A DNA stretch of 63,752 nucleotides, filler included, from Hyphochytrium catenoides (lineage: Eukaryota > Protista > Hyphochytriomycota): NCBI GenBank assembly GCA_900088475.1. It is 10 parts of 10 records of this genome, joined end to end, with 100 filler letters (N's around TTAATTAATTAA, not from the genome) between each part and the next. Parts side by side here need not be neighbours in the genome. Positions count along the whole stretch, not along the records: positions 1 to 6,291 come from FLMG01002790.1; positions 6,392 to 23,040 come from FLMG01000721.1; 8 more parts are not named here. The stretch is one strand, 5' to 3'. The stretch's first letter is position 1, and every line of letters starts with the position of its first letter. Below are positions 1 through 13,666 of the stretch, piece by piece. Both the position numbers and the translations under genes were made by a program. The notes beneath the pieces were generated by a model. The model worked only from the letters and a program-made list of their open reading frames with translations. It was not told the DNA's origin and did not search any database.

Positions 1-1
1 T

Positions 2-200
2 AAAGGAGCTTCAGTGTCCACTGAGTAGAGCCATCCTAGCACATCAAGATAAGAAGAGCACAATAACAATCTGCGAGATGCCGAGACGAAAATCGAAATA
101 CATTGATGTCAAGCATTGTGTAGTTAGGGCAACGCCCTGGAATCACACACTGTCCAACCAAGAAGATGACTGTCGACATCCTCACGAAGGCGTTACTGTT
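2..200 (+). mobile_element. Ty1/Copia pol remnant (C-terminal RNase H), frameshifted
   Basis: + strand reads RRKSKYIDVKHCVVR (Copia 'RTKHIDVKHHFVR' motif), then in another frame HCPTKKMTVDILTKAL (Copia 'ADILTKAL' terminus). Confidence 0.8.
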
Positions 201-850
201 GAGTGCAACAATGTTCGTTGTCAGTAGTACAGTAGTCACTCTCTATACACACCTAGCTCTCAGGGACATAGACGTTACGGGTACACCTGTGTTATGGGAA
301 AGAGGGATGTGAGTGAACTTTCCAGAAGAACACAGGAGCAGCACAGGAGAGAGAGATGATGAGGGAAGCTGGGCCGAGCAAATGATCTCGAGTCCAGACC
401 AGGCTCTCAGGACTGAGTAATCATTCAGAGAAATCTCCATCACACATCAATACCAAGTCCCTTTGTTATCGTTTCATGTAGATTGTGCCCATACAGAAGT
501 TTCAGGCATTGCCACCCAGCTCTGTAAAGTTCATCACTTACCTGTACCTCAATTCGAAACTTCTTCCCCTCGGAATTGTCCCATCCACTTGCGGGGAGGT
601 GTTGAGAGCTGAAGCTGACAAAACTCTGAAAAAGCTGTTGGATTATATGGGATGATTGGACAATTTCATTAGATGAGAGTGCTCTACCTATAAGCCCAAC
701 TGGGTGCCCCATAATCCAGAGCTATTCTGACTATGCCAACTATTCCTAATAAAGTCTAAGATATGGAGTTATAGAGAAATCTCTTTCTAGAATAGTCAGT
801 TCTGAAGGTATTTCGGGGTACTGATCATAAACCATAGATATAAACAGGAA
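200..850. repeat. Dispersed repeat directly downstream of the Copia RNase H; homologous pieces at ~32505-33330 (inverted) and ~33610-33960 (direct)
   Basis: GAGCTATTCTGACTATGCCAACTAT is shared at ~720 and ~33833. The reverse complement of 200-525 aligns by eye to 32505-32552 plus 33039-33330 (e.g. CATCTCTCTCTCCTGTGCT, GTACCCrTAACGTCTAT). Confidence 0.8.
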
Positions 851-1559
851 CCTTTCGTTTGCTTCACATCTCGGCTTCTACTGGGAGTTTGGAGCTGAAA
901 CTTGGGTAATTAAGCTTGCCAGCTTGTAGTCCACATAGCTGTGCCCTCAGACTCCAACAAAAGGTCTCAGTTCCAGACTCCATCTCACAAGAAGGAGAAG
1001 ACACAAAACAAAGTGCTTCGGAGTTATAGTAACTAGGCAATATCACAAGGTAAGTCAACCTGGAAAGTGAAGAAACAGTAACTGGGTCATGTAGATAATA
1101 CAAGACACAGTTACTAATTAGAACAAAGTAGACAACATGATAAGTAGGAAACCAGGGTCCCATAAGCTCTCCACACTCATTCTGTCCATGATAGTATACC
1201 ACATAACCTAAATAAGATTTCTTACATGGGCTAAATATCTAGGTTCTATTAGGCTTTATGTGGGATACTTGAGCAGTCGGAAGAGCTCTAGATTGTGGGA
1301 CCCCAGCTGGGCTTATATTTATTAGGGCACTTCCACCTAAAGAAACTTAAAGAAAAGTGTCTAGTTACTCATGCTCGAATTTCTTGGGTAAAGGGTCGAG
1401 CTGAACAGGAGCTGGGCGTTCAAACCTCCACCATGCTGAAGACCCGCTAGGAAGAAAATAACACTTCATTCTTGGTTTTCCAAGATTTGGACGGTCATCC
1501 TCAAGTAAGCCCATTTCCGGATCTTCTTCTGACATAGCCTAAGGTCGAACTTTGACTCT

Positions 1560-1826
1560 CGCTCGGGTCACCGTATTCCTCCTTCTTCGGATGGCCGGGT
1601 CATGACTTGAGTTACTTGACACCACGTTTCGTCTCGTTTGCCGGGTCCGACCCGTCTTTCGGGTCATCTTCAGGTTACAAATAGGTCTTCCATGAGTCAT
1701 TCGGGTCCTAAATAATAAGTCCTTCAGGTCTCAAACAAGTCACAAACAAGTCTTTCCGGTCTCTTCCGGGTCTCAAGCGGGTCATCGGTTGGGTCTTGAT
1801 CAGGTCACAAGCGGGTCACGTTAGGT
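1560..1826. repeat. Degenerate ~11-bp-period array of (C/A)GGGTC-like motifs
   Basis: caggtctcaaa caagtcacaaa caagtctttc cggtctcttc cgggtctcaag cgggtcatcgg ttgggtcttgat caggtcacaag cgggtcacg. Confidence 0.6.
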
Positions 1827-2934
1827 GATAGGCGAAAGAAAATGTGGGTGATTAGTATTACCATGAAGGGGCTTAACTGCTTCCCTAATAATGACACACA
1901 CTAGTCCTGACAACTGTCGTACACACCGCTTGTTCCTCTTGTTGCTGATACTACCACCGTCTCCCTCTTCTTGTTGTTGATCATCTTCATTGTCCTTTTC
2001 ATCGCTGATCTCGTCGGGCAATTTGAAATACCAGTAACAATATAGCCTTGAACAAGCGAGGTAGGGGATTAGGCATTCGCTCCGTTGCTTCGTCCTTGAT
2101 GAGAGGCCAACATTTCAGAACGTCCTCATTGACGACAAGGAGATCAACATTTCAGAACGAGCCATCAGAAGAAGGAGAAGAGAGGAGGAGGAGATGAAGG
2201 GAAGAAGAGCTGAACAACAACAACGACAACCAGGCTGGCGACCAAACAGCCACAACAGAACGACTAATAATCACTCAACGCCGCTACTACTAATTCCAAA
2301 TGTTTGCACATCTAGTGGAAGGAGTCCGCAACAGAACAGAAATTCGTCTCCCCCCTCCTTGTGTTTGCTTCCTCTTTCACTGGGTGGACAAAAGGGCGAA
2401 CGACAAGGATGAACCNNNNNNNNNNNNNNNNNNNNNNNNNNNNNNNNNNNNNNNNNNNNNNNNGGACCAGCACAATTCTGAGGTTGACGTTAATTCATGA
2501 TTTGTTTCCAATCACCATTTAGATAAGCAGTCTTGGTTCGAATAAATGTAAGTGCTTACGTAAATAGGACATGAAAGGGGGATGAAAAGAAGCCAAGGAA
2601 GGGACTTTGAAAACAAATACAAACGTCGTTAATTCTGTGATTGGTCAGTTTTTGTAATCACCAAATAATCAATTCATCGAAAGCATATTGCTCGTCTTTG
2701 GGTTCATTAGTTCATTCTCCAAACGAGCCAAAGGGGTTTATCTGTTGCACGAAAGGGTGCAGGTTTCGGTACTGTATGTAGTCCAATCGTACTCTAGTTC
2801 TTTTTCCCAATACTATACTGAGGAACCTAATCCACTCCAACTCCTACCTGTTGTAGCTGTATTTGTATAGCTGTTATTAGACGNNNNNNNNNNNNNNNNN
2901 NNNNNNNNNNNNNNNNNNNNNNNNNNNNNNNNNN

Positions 2935-3310
2935 TTCCAGATAAAAAACAAATATACTCGGTTAGCATTCATCAAATCTCAATTTGCTGCGAATAATAGT
3001 CTCTAAAAGATGCTCTAATCTAACAAATAACGGAGGACTATGGTCTAATCCTGCTTGAGCAAGTAAAGTACGGTGTACTCGTACAAATAATCATGCCGGT
3101 CAAGGCTGTGTGGTGAAGTACAAGGCAGATGGGTTCAAGACGGGGAAATGCAGACTGAATTAGTATAGAGTGAAGCTCTGATCTGTTCCAGGTGAGTGGC
3201 TGAAGTCGGTGGCAGTGGAGCCACCGAGGATGAGGATGGGTGTGGGTCCTGAAGTAGTGGGTAGGATGTATAGAATCACTACACGACCCCTCCAAACTCC
3301 TCCTCCTCCG
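2935..3310 (-). mobile_element. Possible polypurine tract and start of the 3' LTR of the Gypsy element
   Basis: Minus strand GGAGGAGGAGGAGTTTGGAGGGG is followed closely by TGTAGT (at 3283), downstream of the integrase. The LTR end was not identified and no second LTR is in the window. Confidence 0.35.
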
Positions 3311-3493
3311 ACTCATGGCCTCAACGGTGCTCACCTAGCCGCTACTGTAGGCCAACTCTGCACAGCAACCTATGACTGACTACTTACTACTACTCGTACT
3401 CTTTGCTTTAGGCTGGACTAAAAACCCACAGTCCCGTTCCTGTGGGCAAACCCTGCCATCATTAGCACAAAACACTGACTACATGAACGCTCT

Positions 3494-6290
3494 CTATCCT
3501 CCTGTTCCCGTTCCTGTTCTCTTCTTCTGTTCTCGTTCCTCCTGCCTATTCCGCTCTCCTAGCTTGCCCCTCCATTTCTCCGCTCCTCGTCGGTATAGCG
3601 CGGTTATGTGTACGTGGCCAACGACAGGCCCTGGCCTTAACCGTGCAGGCTGCCCGCTATCAGCGGTAGCTCCTCTCCCGGATTCTGCCTCTCGTTGCTG
3701 CGAAGGTTCTACGATCAACCCCAGGTGCTTCCGATGAACTCTTAATTGTTTGAAGTGGACGTTCCCGGCCCCGTGATGTTCGATCGCTCCCTCAATGAGG
3801 TATGTGACAGGGCCCGTCCGTCGGAGCACCTGGTACGGCCCCCACCAACTTTTAGAGAGCTTTGGGGACCTTGCATTCCCCCTTTGGGAGGTACAAACCT
3901 CCAAACCTTATCTCCAGGACTCAAAGGTGACAAGGCCGGCGTGGGCAGAGGCCGCGAGCGGCGTGCCACCAAGGGTAGTCCGTTGCTTGTCGACGAGTGG
4001 CCATGGTCGTTATCCTGCAGTGCATGATGGCACCAGCCCGCTGAGCCCGAGATGCGCGTGCCTGGAGCAAGCTTTTCCGAAAGTGCCGCTGTAGGTACGT
4101 GATATAGTCCTCCGTGGTCTTGAACCGCGTGCGCATGGTTTCTTTCGTTCGAAGTAGGATGTCATCTTTCATGTTAACCTCCCTTCCTCCGTGTAGAAGG
4201 TAATACGGGGAAAACCCCGTGATAGAGTTGACGGAAAACCGGTAGGCAGCTAAATGGTGCTCTAGGGTCTCATGCCAATTCTGTTGGGCTTCCTCGACGT
4301 ATTTCTTTATCATATGTTGCAGAGGAGTGCGGATTAGCCGCTCTGCCGTGGCGGAGGCCCCGTGTTGATACGCAGTATCAACCTCATGCCGGACTCCGTG
4401 CTTCTCGAAGAGCTGTCGCACTGCCTCTGACAAGAAATATTTGGCACCGTCCGTAGTGATGAACTTCGGAGTCCCGTCCCGTGCCGAGCCAGGATGCCTT
4501 TATCTAACGCCTCGTAAATACTGGCCGTGGTAAGTGTTTTCAAGGGGAAAGCTTCTGGCCAGGAGGCTAGAACCTCTACGCCGACAAGAAGAGCAATATG
4601 CCCTTCACTGCTCTTCGGCATGTGTTTGACATCGACGACCCATACGTCGTGCACATTTTCTGGCTGCAGCGTAACGATTGGGAATTACGTTGCTGATCCG
4701 TATGCGGGTGTTGCTGACACACTACATCTACACATTCCTGTATGTACTGCCTCACATCTTTATTCATAGCAGGCCAATACCTATGGGGGATCCTTCGTCG
4801 TGGAACCAGCGGAGAACTTGTGAACGGTAACCCCGCGGGACCACCAATAAATGAAAGCGTTGGCCAACCCCTGCTGAGGGCTGCGTTCGATACAACAGCC
4901 CATCCTTCACTTCATACTGAAGACGCGCCTGCTGTTCCGTGGTGGAGTTGAGGACTATCTGGCGCACGCGAGCTATCTCAGGGTCCTCCCTTTGGGCGAG
5001 CATGAGCTCATCCGTTAAGTCCGCTGCTCTATGTATTACTTTAACAGTGCAACGCGGATTCCTGCTGAGACCATCCGCATTCCCATGCTGTGTGCCTTTT
5101 CGACCCTCAATATTGAAATCATACTGCATGAGGTATGATAACCATTTGGCTTTGAACCCTTGTGGGTCCGGCGTACGAAGCAGTCCCTCCAACGGTTTAT
5201 GGTCTGTAACAACAGTGAAGGTACGTCCCAGGAGATATGGTCGGAGCTTCTTCACTGCCCAGTAGACTGCCATAGCCTCAAAATGATGAGGGTCCTTTGG
5301 CTCCGAGCCTTTTATAGCCCGGCTCAGGTACTGTAAGACTTGTTCCTGTCCTTGTTCGTCTTCCTGTGCTAGGACAGCTCCAATGGCCTCCTTTGACCCG
5401 TCTGTATAGACCAAGAGTTTGACCGGTTGGGAGAAGTCCGGTGTGTGTAGGAAGACTGGCTCCTCCATCAGTTTCCCTTTCAATCGCGAGAAGACGTCTT
5501 GTTGCTCCTGTCCCCAGACAAACTGCTTCCCTTTGCCCAGTAGCTTGTGTAAAGGGGATGCCAAGCCCGCATAGTCCTTAATGTAGCGTCGATAATAATT
5601 CATCATACCTAAGAAAACTCGTACTTCGCTCACGTTCGTAGGGGGCGGTCGGGCGGCGATTGCCTCCACCTTACTCCTGAGCGGGGAGATGCCGCCGCGT
5701 TGAACTCGATACCCCAAGAAGTCCACCTCCTCCGCGATGAACTGACACTTGGCGAGTTTCAGTTTGAGGCCTTGTGTCCGCAGTCGTGCGAATACTTCTT
5801 TTGGATGTTGAAGCGGATCCTCGTGCTCTTTAGAATAAATGAGCAGGTCGTCAATGTAACAGATTACGAACTGAAATCGCAGTCCTTCCAATGTGAAGTC
5901 CATGACCTCCTGAAAGATGTTCGGAGATACTTTAGCCCCCATCGGGAGCCTTTGGTATGCAAAAACTCCATCATCTGTGATAAATGTGAAGACCTTGGAC
6001 ATGTCCTCCGTGATCCCTACTTGATGGAAGCCCTCAGCAAGGTCAAGTGTTGGAGTACCAGTGTGCGCCCTTGAGACAATCAAAGAGGTGGTCAATGAGT
6101 GGTATAGGGTAGGGATATTTCTCCAAATGCTCATTGACTCTACGCAAATATAATACACATCTGTCGCCTCCTTTTGGCTTCCGTACTAGCAAAAACGGTG
6201 AACAATGTCGTGCATGCGCGGTGCGTTTAATTATGCCTTTGTCTATCAATTCCTTGACATGCTCTTTGATTTTGGTGCGCTCTAATGGAG
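3494..6290 (-). mobile_element. Ty3/Gypsy LTR retrotransposon pol (RT-RNase H-integrase), frameshifted, truncated by contig end
   Basis: RT: SPFLLVRKP, LDLAEGFHQV, LPMG, YIDDLLIYS, FLGY. RNase H: YTDGS..IGAVLAQ, TDHKPL, NADGLSR. Integrase pieces lie in separate frames: VRQYIQEC..CQQH, WVVDV, AERLIRT, GFSPYYLLHG, KLSKSWWGPYQV. Domain order RT-RH-IN is Gypsy. Confidence 0.95.
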
Positions 6291-6608
6291 ANNNNNNNNN
6301 NNNNNNNNNNNNNNNNNNNNNNNNNNNNNNNNNNNTTAATTAATTAANNNNNNNNNNNNNNNNNNNNNNNNNNNNNNNNNNNNNNNNNNNNACTTAGATT
6401 ATTATTCGCTACTGCGCTCCAAATATTTCACATTTCTTGTCCGCGCCTGTTCCCTGACATCGACTGCACATGATGGCACTGTGTCGAACTTTGAAAAGAC
6501 TCATGAACTCCATATAGACAGCAAAGTTTGCTACACACGCCTCCCTTTTCTCAGTGCCCTATTCGTCTCGCTCTCTCTTCTCTCCTCTTCTGCCGAAAAG
6601 CGCTTACC

Positions 6609-8134
6609 GGTGTAGCTTGAAGGATCAGTAGACGCTGAGATCGCTGCGATCGTTCTTCCCATGAAGTTATTCTGACAGAAAATAACCTTGGCCTACAAAG
6701 TTAGAGTAAAGCAGGTGAGCTATCCTCAATATGATGCCCTGCCGCTCTCCGCTATCTTGGAACCTAAACTTACTAAGCTTCTCTCCAAAAGACCTGTGCC
6801 CGCTACTGCTTCCCACATTCCCCCTTTGACCCTTATCTTACATTATGAGGCTTGATTCCCTTCACATCATAACCCCATCGCCTCGCAAGCTTGATAGCAG
6901 TCTCTCCTGCCTCTACGCCGGTGTTCATAGGTAGAACCTACATATAAGAGTGAGCTCTTGCGTTCATGACCATGGCCAAGAATGGGACGCCCAGGTCAGG
7001 TAAGAGCAGGAGTTTCTTTACCTTCTCATACCCAAAGAAGTTGGTGATAAACTCCTCGTACTCTCCTAGTACACTGTTATAGAAAGCTCGGGAGCATAAC
7101 TGCAGTTTAGAAGCCTGCTGCACCAGAGTCTGGACAATTCTGGGATGGCAGTGACCCTGTAGGATAGAAAGGAGCGAGCATCCTGAGAAATGTGACGCCT
7201 CTTTCTCTCTATCCTCAGTCTCACTGCTTGCTCTCATTTATCTATGTTCTCCGCCTCCGAAGCCCATGCTGGACCACTCCGTTCTTATTGCAAGTCACGC
7301 AAGCCGCAGGACGCTTACAAGCACACACTAATAAGGTGGAAAGGATGCCACCAACGTATGCCGAGGCTTTACGTAGGACTCTTCTTCGTCCCCTTCTCAC
7401 TTTGTCATAGACCACCAATACACTCTGGATCTCCCCTTGATCCTGTTTCTTTCGTCTCGCGCCTCTTATGCTACCGGTTTCACCCCTCTATCTCTGTCTT
7501 TGGTCTACTCTTTACCTGGTTCGTTGCCGAGTAAGCGCTCAAGAAGTCATAATACCGCTTCCCCTCCACATCCCAGACGAAGACGCCTGTGGCAAGAAGC
7601 GGTAGAAAGACAAAAAGCTAAGATTAAAGCAGCTTTTTCCTTGTTCACGAGAAAAGGAAGGGAAGGCCGAGTGACTGGACGTAGGGTAATGAAGCGGCGC
7701 ATTGAGACACCTAGGTAAGAGAGGTACGAGAAGAGAGGTAGGCCATAGGCCTCTCTTCCTTCTCCGTTTCGCACCTTCTCCTCGGTCTAGCACAACAGGT
7801 AACGGATGGTAATTGTGAGCACCGAATCGGTCTTCTTTCGCCATCAGCTCCTGCAAGACAAGCCATTGTCAGTGGCGTTATGATGTCTCTCAAACGGCCT
7901 TTGCCGTCTTCCGGGCAAGCAGAAGGTTGCCCGCCCTCTATTCCCGCTACTTTGCTCTATCCTTCAGTCCCGCAGCCTCTTTCCCAGGAGTCTCTTCCCT
8001 CGTACCTCTGACTTTCTCCCCAGCCCGCTACCCGAGGAAGCTGAGGATACAGCCGCGGCTGTGGACTTGAGACGCTGAGCGCCGTTGGACGTCAACGGAC
8101 GCCTAATCATCGAGGAAACGACTGACTTCAACAT
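6609..8134 (-). CDS. OAT: Ornithine aminotransferase, mitochondrial; 5' six exons, 3' end lost at contig end
   Basis: Spliced GT-AG exons: [12 protein letters not shown]...GRKSE | [26 protein letters not shown] | [23 protein letters not shown] | GHCHPRIV...RAFYN...FFGYEK | [28 protein letters not shown] | [27 protein letters not shown]. The N-terminus resembles a transit peptide. Confidence 0.95.
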
Positions 8135-8574
8135 TGTCCAGGTAGGAGTGGGAGATTCAATGGAGTAAAGTAGCAAAGGAAGACTCAAGATCAGAGGCGT
8201 TCGGCTGAAAGCTGAAGACTGAAGGCCACGGACGAGAAGAAAGGAGAAGTTACAGGGTCAACTGGTCTCTTGGCAATGGCGCTGATCTATTTCTGGGGAC
8301 ACGGAGGAAGAGAAAGAGAGAAGAGAGCTGCAAGTGATCCAAACTCTGATGGTGGCGCTTGATCGTTGGGCGATGTGGGCTCGCATTCAGGATGGTGAGC
8401 AAAGGAGAAAGTGAACAAGAACAAAGCAGGGAGAGAGAGAGAGAGAGAGATAGAAAGAGAGAGAGAGAAAGAGAGAGAGAGAGAAAGACAGAAAGAAAGA
8501 GAGCGAGAGAGAGAAAGAGAGGGAGTGAGAGAGTAAGCGAGAGACACAGAGAAAGAGAGAGAGAGAGAGAGAGA

Positions 8575-8623
<49 letters not shown>

Positions 8624-10717
8624 ATGTGTTACGCACTACGCACCGGACTGTGACACCCCCCGGGAGATAAGAAACACGGCAAATAGGGGCAGAGTTGTGA
8701 GAAACGCCTGGAAACATTTCATGACGAAGCTTTCATAACTATCATACAGATTCCATGACATGCATTAGTTTGCAAAGTGACAATCATCCTTCGGAAAGAT
8801 TCATTGTGGATCAAGAATCTTCCTCTCACTGTCACCACAATATTAATACGCTGGATGCCCGTGTAATTTAATGGAGAATAACATGACTAGCGAGGCATAT
8901 TACTATCGCTGACCTCTTTCTAGTTGAGGAGGTGATGGATGCACAGGATTCTTGGGGCGGCAGCTGTGGTGAGGAAGTTCAACTCTCTCAAAGTCTCCTA
9001 GGACAGGCTGGACCTCTGGACGAGCGTTCCCTTGAGCTGTGCTTTGACCACTTGGATTGTTTGATGCCACTCTTCTTGTCTGTCTCTCTCTTATTTTCTC
9101 TGGCATCTTGGTCGCGTTGTCCTTCCCATACAATCATTGTTGTTGTGGGCGCCACAGAAAGTTGACTGCTGCGGTCTTCCTGTGTCTCGCTTGCCGTTCG
9201 TCTTTTTTGCAGCTTATCAGTCACTTCAACTCTCTTGCTTCCAGGCCTTCTTCTTGGGGACTTACTACCCTTAAGAGTAGTGTTACCTTGTCAACAGGAT
9301 CACCTTTTACGTTTTTACCCAGTAGTGGATGCTGGCGGCTGTTGAGGAAATATCCATGATCACCACTCATGAGCCATTTGAAGTACCGTTCTTCCTCTAC
9401 CCGCTTCTTCCAACAATAAAAGATCTAGCGTTTGAAGAAATGTTAACCAAGTACAGCAGGTAGTCAATGCAGCTGTTGATGCTGCCCCTGAGAAGGTTGC
9501 TCATCATGGCCATTATAGTGCGAGATGAGTTAGTAGTCACGCAAAGGTAACTTAATCACATCCTTCTCCACGGTCCAGCGGTCGGTTGGTGGGCTCAAGA
9601 GAGCCTCTCTTCTTCGAAGGAATGGGATTAAACTGCTCTTCTATTATAGATTATGACACAAGCTCGTCTCACGGACGGGAATGCAGGAAGGGCGCACACA
9701 GCTTGTTTTGCACTGCTACATAAGTAGCTTGGAGGCTTCCTGTGCTGGTCTCTTTTAAGCTTCTGTCTTGCCTCCACGTCATCCTTTCTGCCGCGGTCTT
9801 TCCTGAGAAGACCTCTCTCAAAACTCCCTCCACTTCTTCCAGGTTGTTGTTGTCTGACAACTGGTGCTGCTAAGAAACCAGGGCTGGGACTGTGGACGAA
9901 GAAGAGGAAAGCAACAGACTCTAAGTTGGAGATGCTGGGATGAAGAAGAACGAAGTGTCCTCTGATGATGATCGAACCATCATTCTTCCAACTATCTAGA
10001 GAAGAAAGCGGGCGGAGCCGCAGAGCTGGTACTGATGGCGAGCGGTCCTTCCTAGGTACAGGAATGGTGTCATCCGTCAGACAAGCCGCTAAGGTAATGC
10101 CGCTGCCCAAGAAGAAGAAGCAGCCTGGGCGCTGCTAGCTATTATTATCGGCGATGTAATAAACTGACAGAGATAGGAGGAAGACATTGGTGTTGTTGTT
10201 GTTGTCTCTTTGATGGAAAAGCGGGGACATCGTTGCCTGTTGTTTGGCAGCGCAGAGCTGTATCATAGCCGTTAGCGACCCTTTCGGTTGAGAATGAGAA
10301 TCAAAAACTCTCTGTCATCGTATCTCTCATGTCTTCTCGGCTCCTCCTCATCTGCCTTCAAGGTTCGCCCACTCTGTCTTCCTCCACAAAGCTTCATCTG
10401 ATCTCTGTCTGCTTCGTCTGATGGTGCCCTACCAGGATGCACTGCTATCATGGAGCCAGTGTGCAGTTGGCGGCGCAGTCTTTTAGTCTCAAAGAACGGG
10501 GTGACGTGATCATAGTCCATTAAGCTTCTTAACATCATTGGCAGGTGCCGCTATAGCCTCGATCTCCATATTCCATCACTTCTCTTCAAGTCACCCGCTG
10601 GCCTTCCTTAGCTGTCAGGGTCTATTATTGAAGCCTAACTGAAGGTGGCTACCATGAGAAGGAGACGAAGACCAAGCCTCTGAGAACAGAGAGAGGCTGG
10701 GGTCTCTCCTTCATAGG

Positions 10718-13608
10718 ATGAGTGGAGGAGGAGGTTGGAAGTCTATTGATGGGCTAACGTCCAAGGACTATCTGGCGCTGTTAAACGGCCTTAAAGAGGA
10801 CTTGGAAGACCTCGTCGCGGACTTTGCCTCGCGGGTAAGTATATGAGCTAACACGGTCTAACTTACCACATAGACTAGGGAAAGAGAGGGGGGAAGTGAG
10901 AGAGACAGAGAGAGAGAGAAAGGTAAGAGGAAGGGGAGGGCCGAGAGCAAAGAGAGAGAGACGAAGAGAGAAGATGCATAGACGTCAGCAAAGGCCTGAT
11001 GGAGGCCCCAAGGCAGCGCTTCCATAGCCACAGTGATGTCTGACAGAGAAACTGAGTTGATTTCCGCCTTCTTTATCTAGGGAAGCTCCCGCTTGGAGTC
11101 CTTTAAAGAGGTCTGGAGGGCAAAGAAGATGACCCTCCTGCATCACATTGCCCACCCGGAGCTTGACCAAAGGGCCTTCGTGCAAGAGATGTACGGCGTC
11201 GCTATAGGTAAGTGCCTCTGTGCAGACGGTAGTCTATCACGCCTTTACTGCTTGGAGCCTTCCGCCGTCTCTAGTCCGCCATCCGCACTGTTACTCCGGT
11301 ATCCCGCTCTCCCTGCGTCGTGCATTCCAGCATCTTGCTCTCTTCCTTTCCCGTAGCTTACTACCTGCTCAGTCTATGGACACCATCAATGTTTGGCGTC
11401 GTACCTGATAGATTCTTCTCTCTATGTATTGCGTTAGACAAGCTATATCAAGCTGTTGGTGATCCAACATCCGTCGACTGGAGGTAAGGCCATGCCTCCA
11501 CTTCTGTCCCCTCCTTTAAATGCAGCAATAATGCTTAGCCCGAAAGGATCCTTTGCAGTACGGTGTGACAGGGGGGAGAAAACCGAGAGAAAGAGCTCTG
11601 TAGACTGATTGTCGGAGCTAATTAGCAGTACAGATTCCGTGGGATCGGGAGGTTGAGTTTACGACGGTCTCCTAACAATTCTTTTTCTCTTTTCCAGTCG
11701 AAATGGGCTGCGCATCGTAGGAACTCTCTACACTTTGAGCGCTCTTTTCCAGACACAGATTTTGCAGCCCAAGGAAACCATCAGAGTGGACCCAGGTGAG
11801 ATTCTCGCCTCATTTATTCAGTTTACCCATATTTGGCGCCCACATACCTTCGATCTATTTTCTGTCTCGCCCCTGGGTCACCTTCGTCATCTCTTCGCAT
11901 GTCCTCCTGCTTTGCATCCAAAACCGATCATCCCTCCCTTTCAAACTGAACAATTTTCATTTTTAGCGCCACTAGTTAGAGTCTAATATATGGAGTAGGC
12001 TCCGCTTTCGATCGGGCCTTTCCCCAGGTCACTTTTAAGTCATCATCTTCTCTCGTCTCGGATAAAGAGAAGGGGGCCTGTTGCTGTCCTTCGCTCACCT
12101 TGTTACTGACTGGGTTTGTTCGACGCCAGGCACTTGGTCTTTTCTCTCACGGATTGAGGCGGGCCTAAGGCTGAATGCGGGGAGCTTGAGCTCCAGGGAC
12201 TGTGAAAGCCTCTCCATGCTTCGGTAGTGATGCTTTCTCTCTACTGCTTGTCTTGCACACCTGGGCCTTCCACTATTTCCTTCAATCTCTTGCTTCTCGC
12301 TGGAATCTGTTCCGCCTGCGCGGGTGATGTCGACCTTCTGCTAGTGGCAAGGCATTGGGGCCGAGATGGGCGGAAAAGAGGGAGGTTTCTTGGGGTTCGC
12401 GCAAATGGGCCCTGTTTTAAGGGAAGAGGGATGCGGGCGATGTCGCGGACACCAAGCCTCCTCTCTTCTGCCCTTGGGTTTGCTCACTTCTTCTGATGGC
12501 TTCTCTGTCTGAGTATGGTATCTTATCAAATATCCATGTCAGTTTCCTTGTCTCGCAGAGCGCCTTCTCATTCTGCAGCTACCCCGGAGCCGTCGGTCTT
12601 CGCCGTATTGCTTGGATGGTGGAGAGAAAGGTCCAGCTACAGAGTCAGATGGCCAAGCGGAAAAAGGGGAAAGGGAGAGGAGGAGGCAAGGAGGGGACAA
12701 GTGGGGACCGTCCTCGTGAGCCAATGGCGCATGAAAGCATTCAATTTGTACGTTAGCTCTGGCTCTCTTGCTGCTCGTGGTCGCCGCTGCTCTTCCTACT
12801 CGCTGCTGGCTGGCTCTGATAGAATGCTGCCCAATCCCATTCCGTTTGCTTTTGCACTACGCGGTTTCTCTCTTTCTTTAGAGCCTGAGCTGTGGATCGC
12901 ATTCTTCCACCCGCCCTTGCATTCAAACATGGTATATGGCTCACACGAACTCCCTTTCGCGCTGTCCTTGCTCTGAAGCCTGAGATAGCCCTCGTAGATC
13001 GCTTACTCGAGGTCCAGAGAGGCTACGCGGACAAGCTGTCAGGGCTCAAGAGTTTTGCTAGGGTAAGAGGCACAAGTGATTGGGGGTGAAGTGAAAGAGA
13101 CCCGGATGGGGGGAGAGACACCGGTGTTAACTTCTCAAGCCAGATATAGCTCTTGAAGTGCTCAGTCTCTCATTACCCTGCCGGGGCTCTGATAGAGGAG
13201 CAATGTCTCGAATGTCTGCGCTACCGGAATAACTCTCTGCTGACCCCCGCCCTTCTCCTCTAATCTTTTCTCTCCTCTCTCTCTCCGCTCTCTCCTGGCC
13301 CTTCAGCCACTCCCGCGCAGCCTCCCAGGTTTGGATCGCACGCCATCGTCCTCTCTCTCTCTCTCCATCATCGAAGAGAAGATCCGCCGTGGAGAACGCT
13401 TTCTAAGTGAGATGCAAAGGATTGCCTCGGGGCTAGCTAGCGTAAGGCCACCAGCCCCTGAGAATGGCGCCCAAGCCAGGACAGAGACTAGACCCCGGAG
13501 ACTAGGTGTGACATGCTCTCGCACTATCAGAACGAGAAAGTTTGGAAAGACATGGTTGCCCCAGAGGCTTTGATAGAGCAGTAGCTGGAATATATAAGTA
13601 ATGTAGAG

Positions 13609-13666
<58 letters not shown>

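Noticed and set aside
715-1140. TAA/TAG reassigned to Gln (frames broken mostly by TAR codons)
   Set aside because: Conserved genes end at TAA or TAG (RPN11, ACAP, HDDC2, zinc-finger) and have no internal TAR. The pattern is confined to decayed repeats and is better explained by CpA->TpA mutation.
6292-6391. Palindromic TTAATTAATTAA flanked by Ns, recurring at 23041, 30834, 32359, 47788, 50168, 56674, 59695 and 61128
   Set aside because: Identical 100-bp artificial spacer with stops in all six frames, used to concatenate contigs. It is not biological, and it voids any cross-contig gene-cluster argument.
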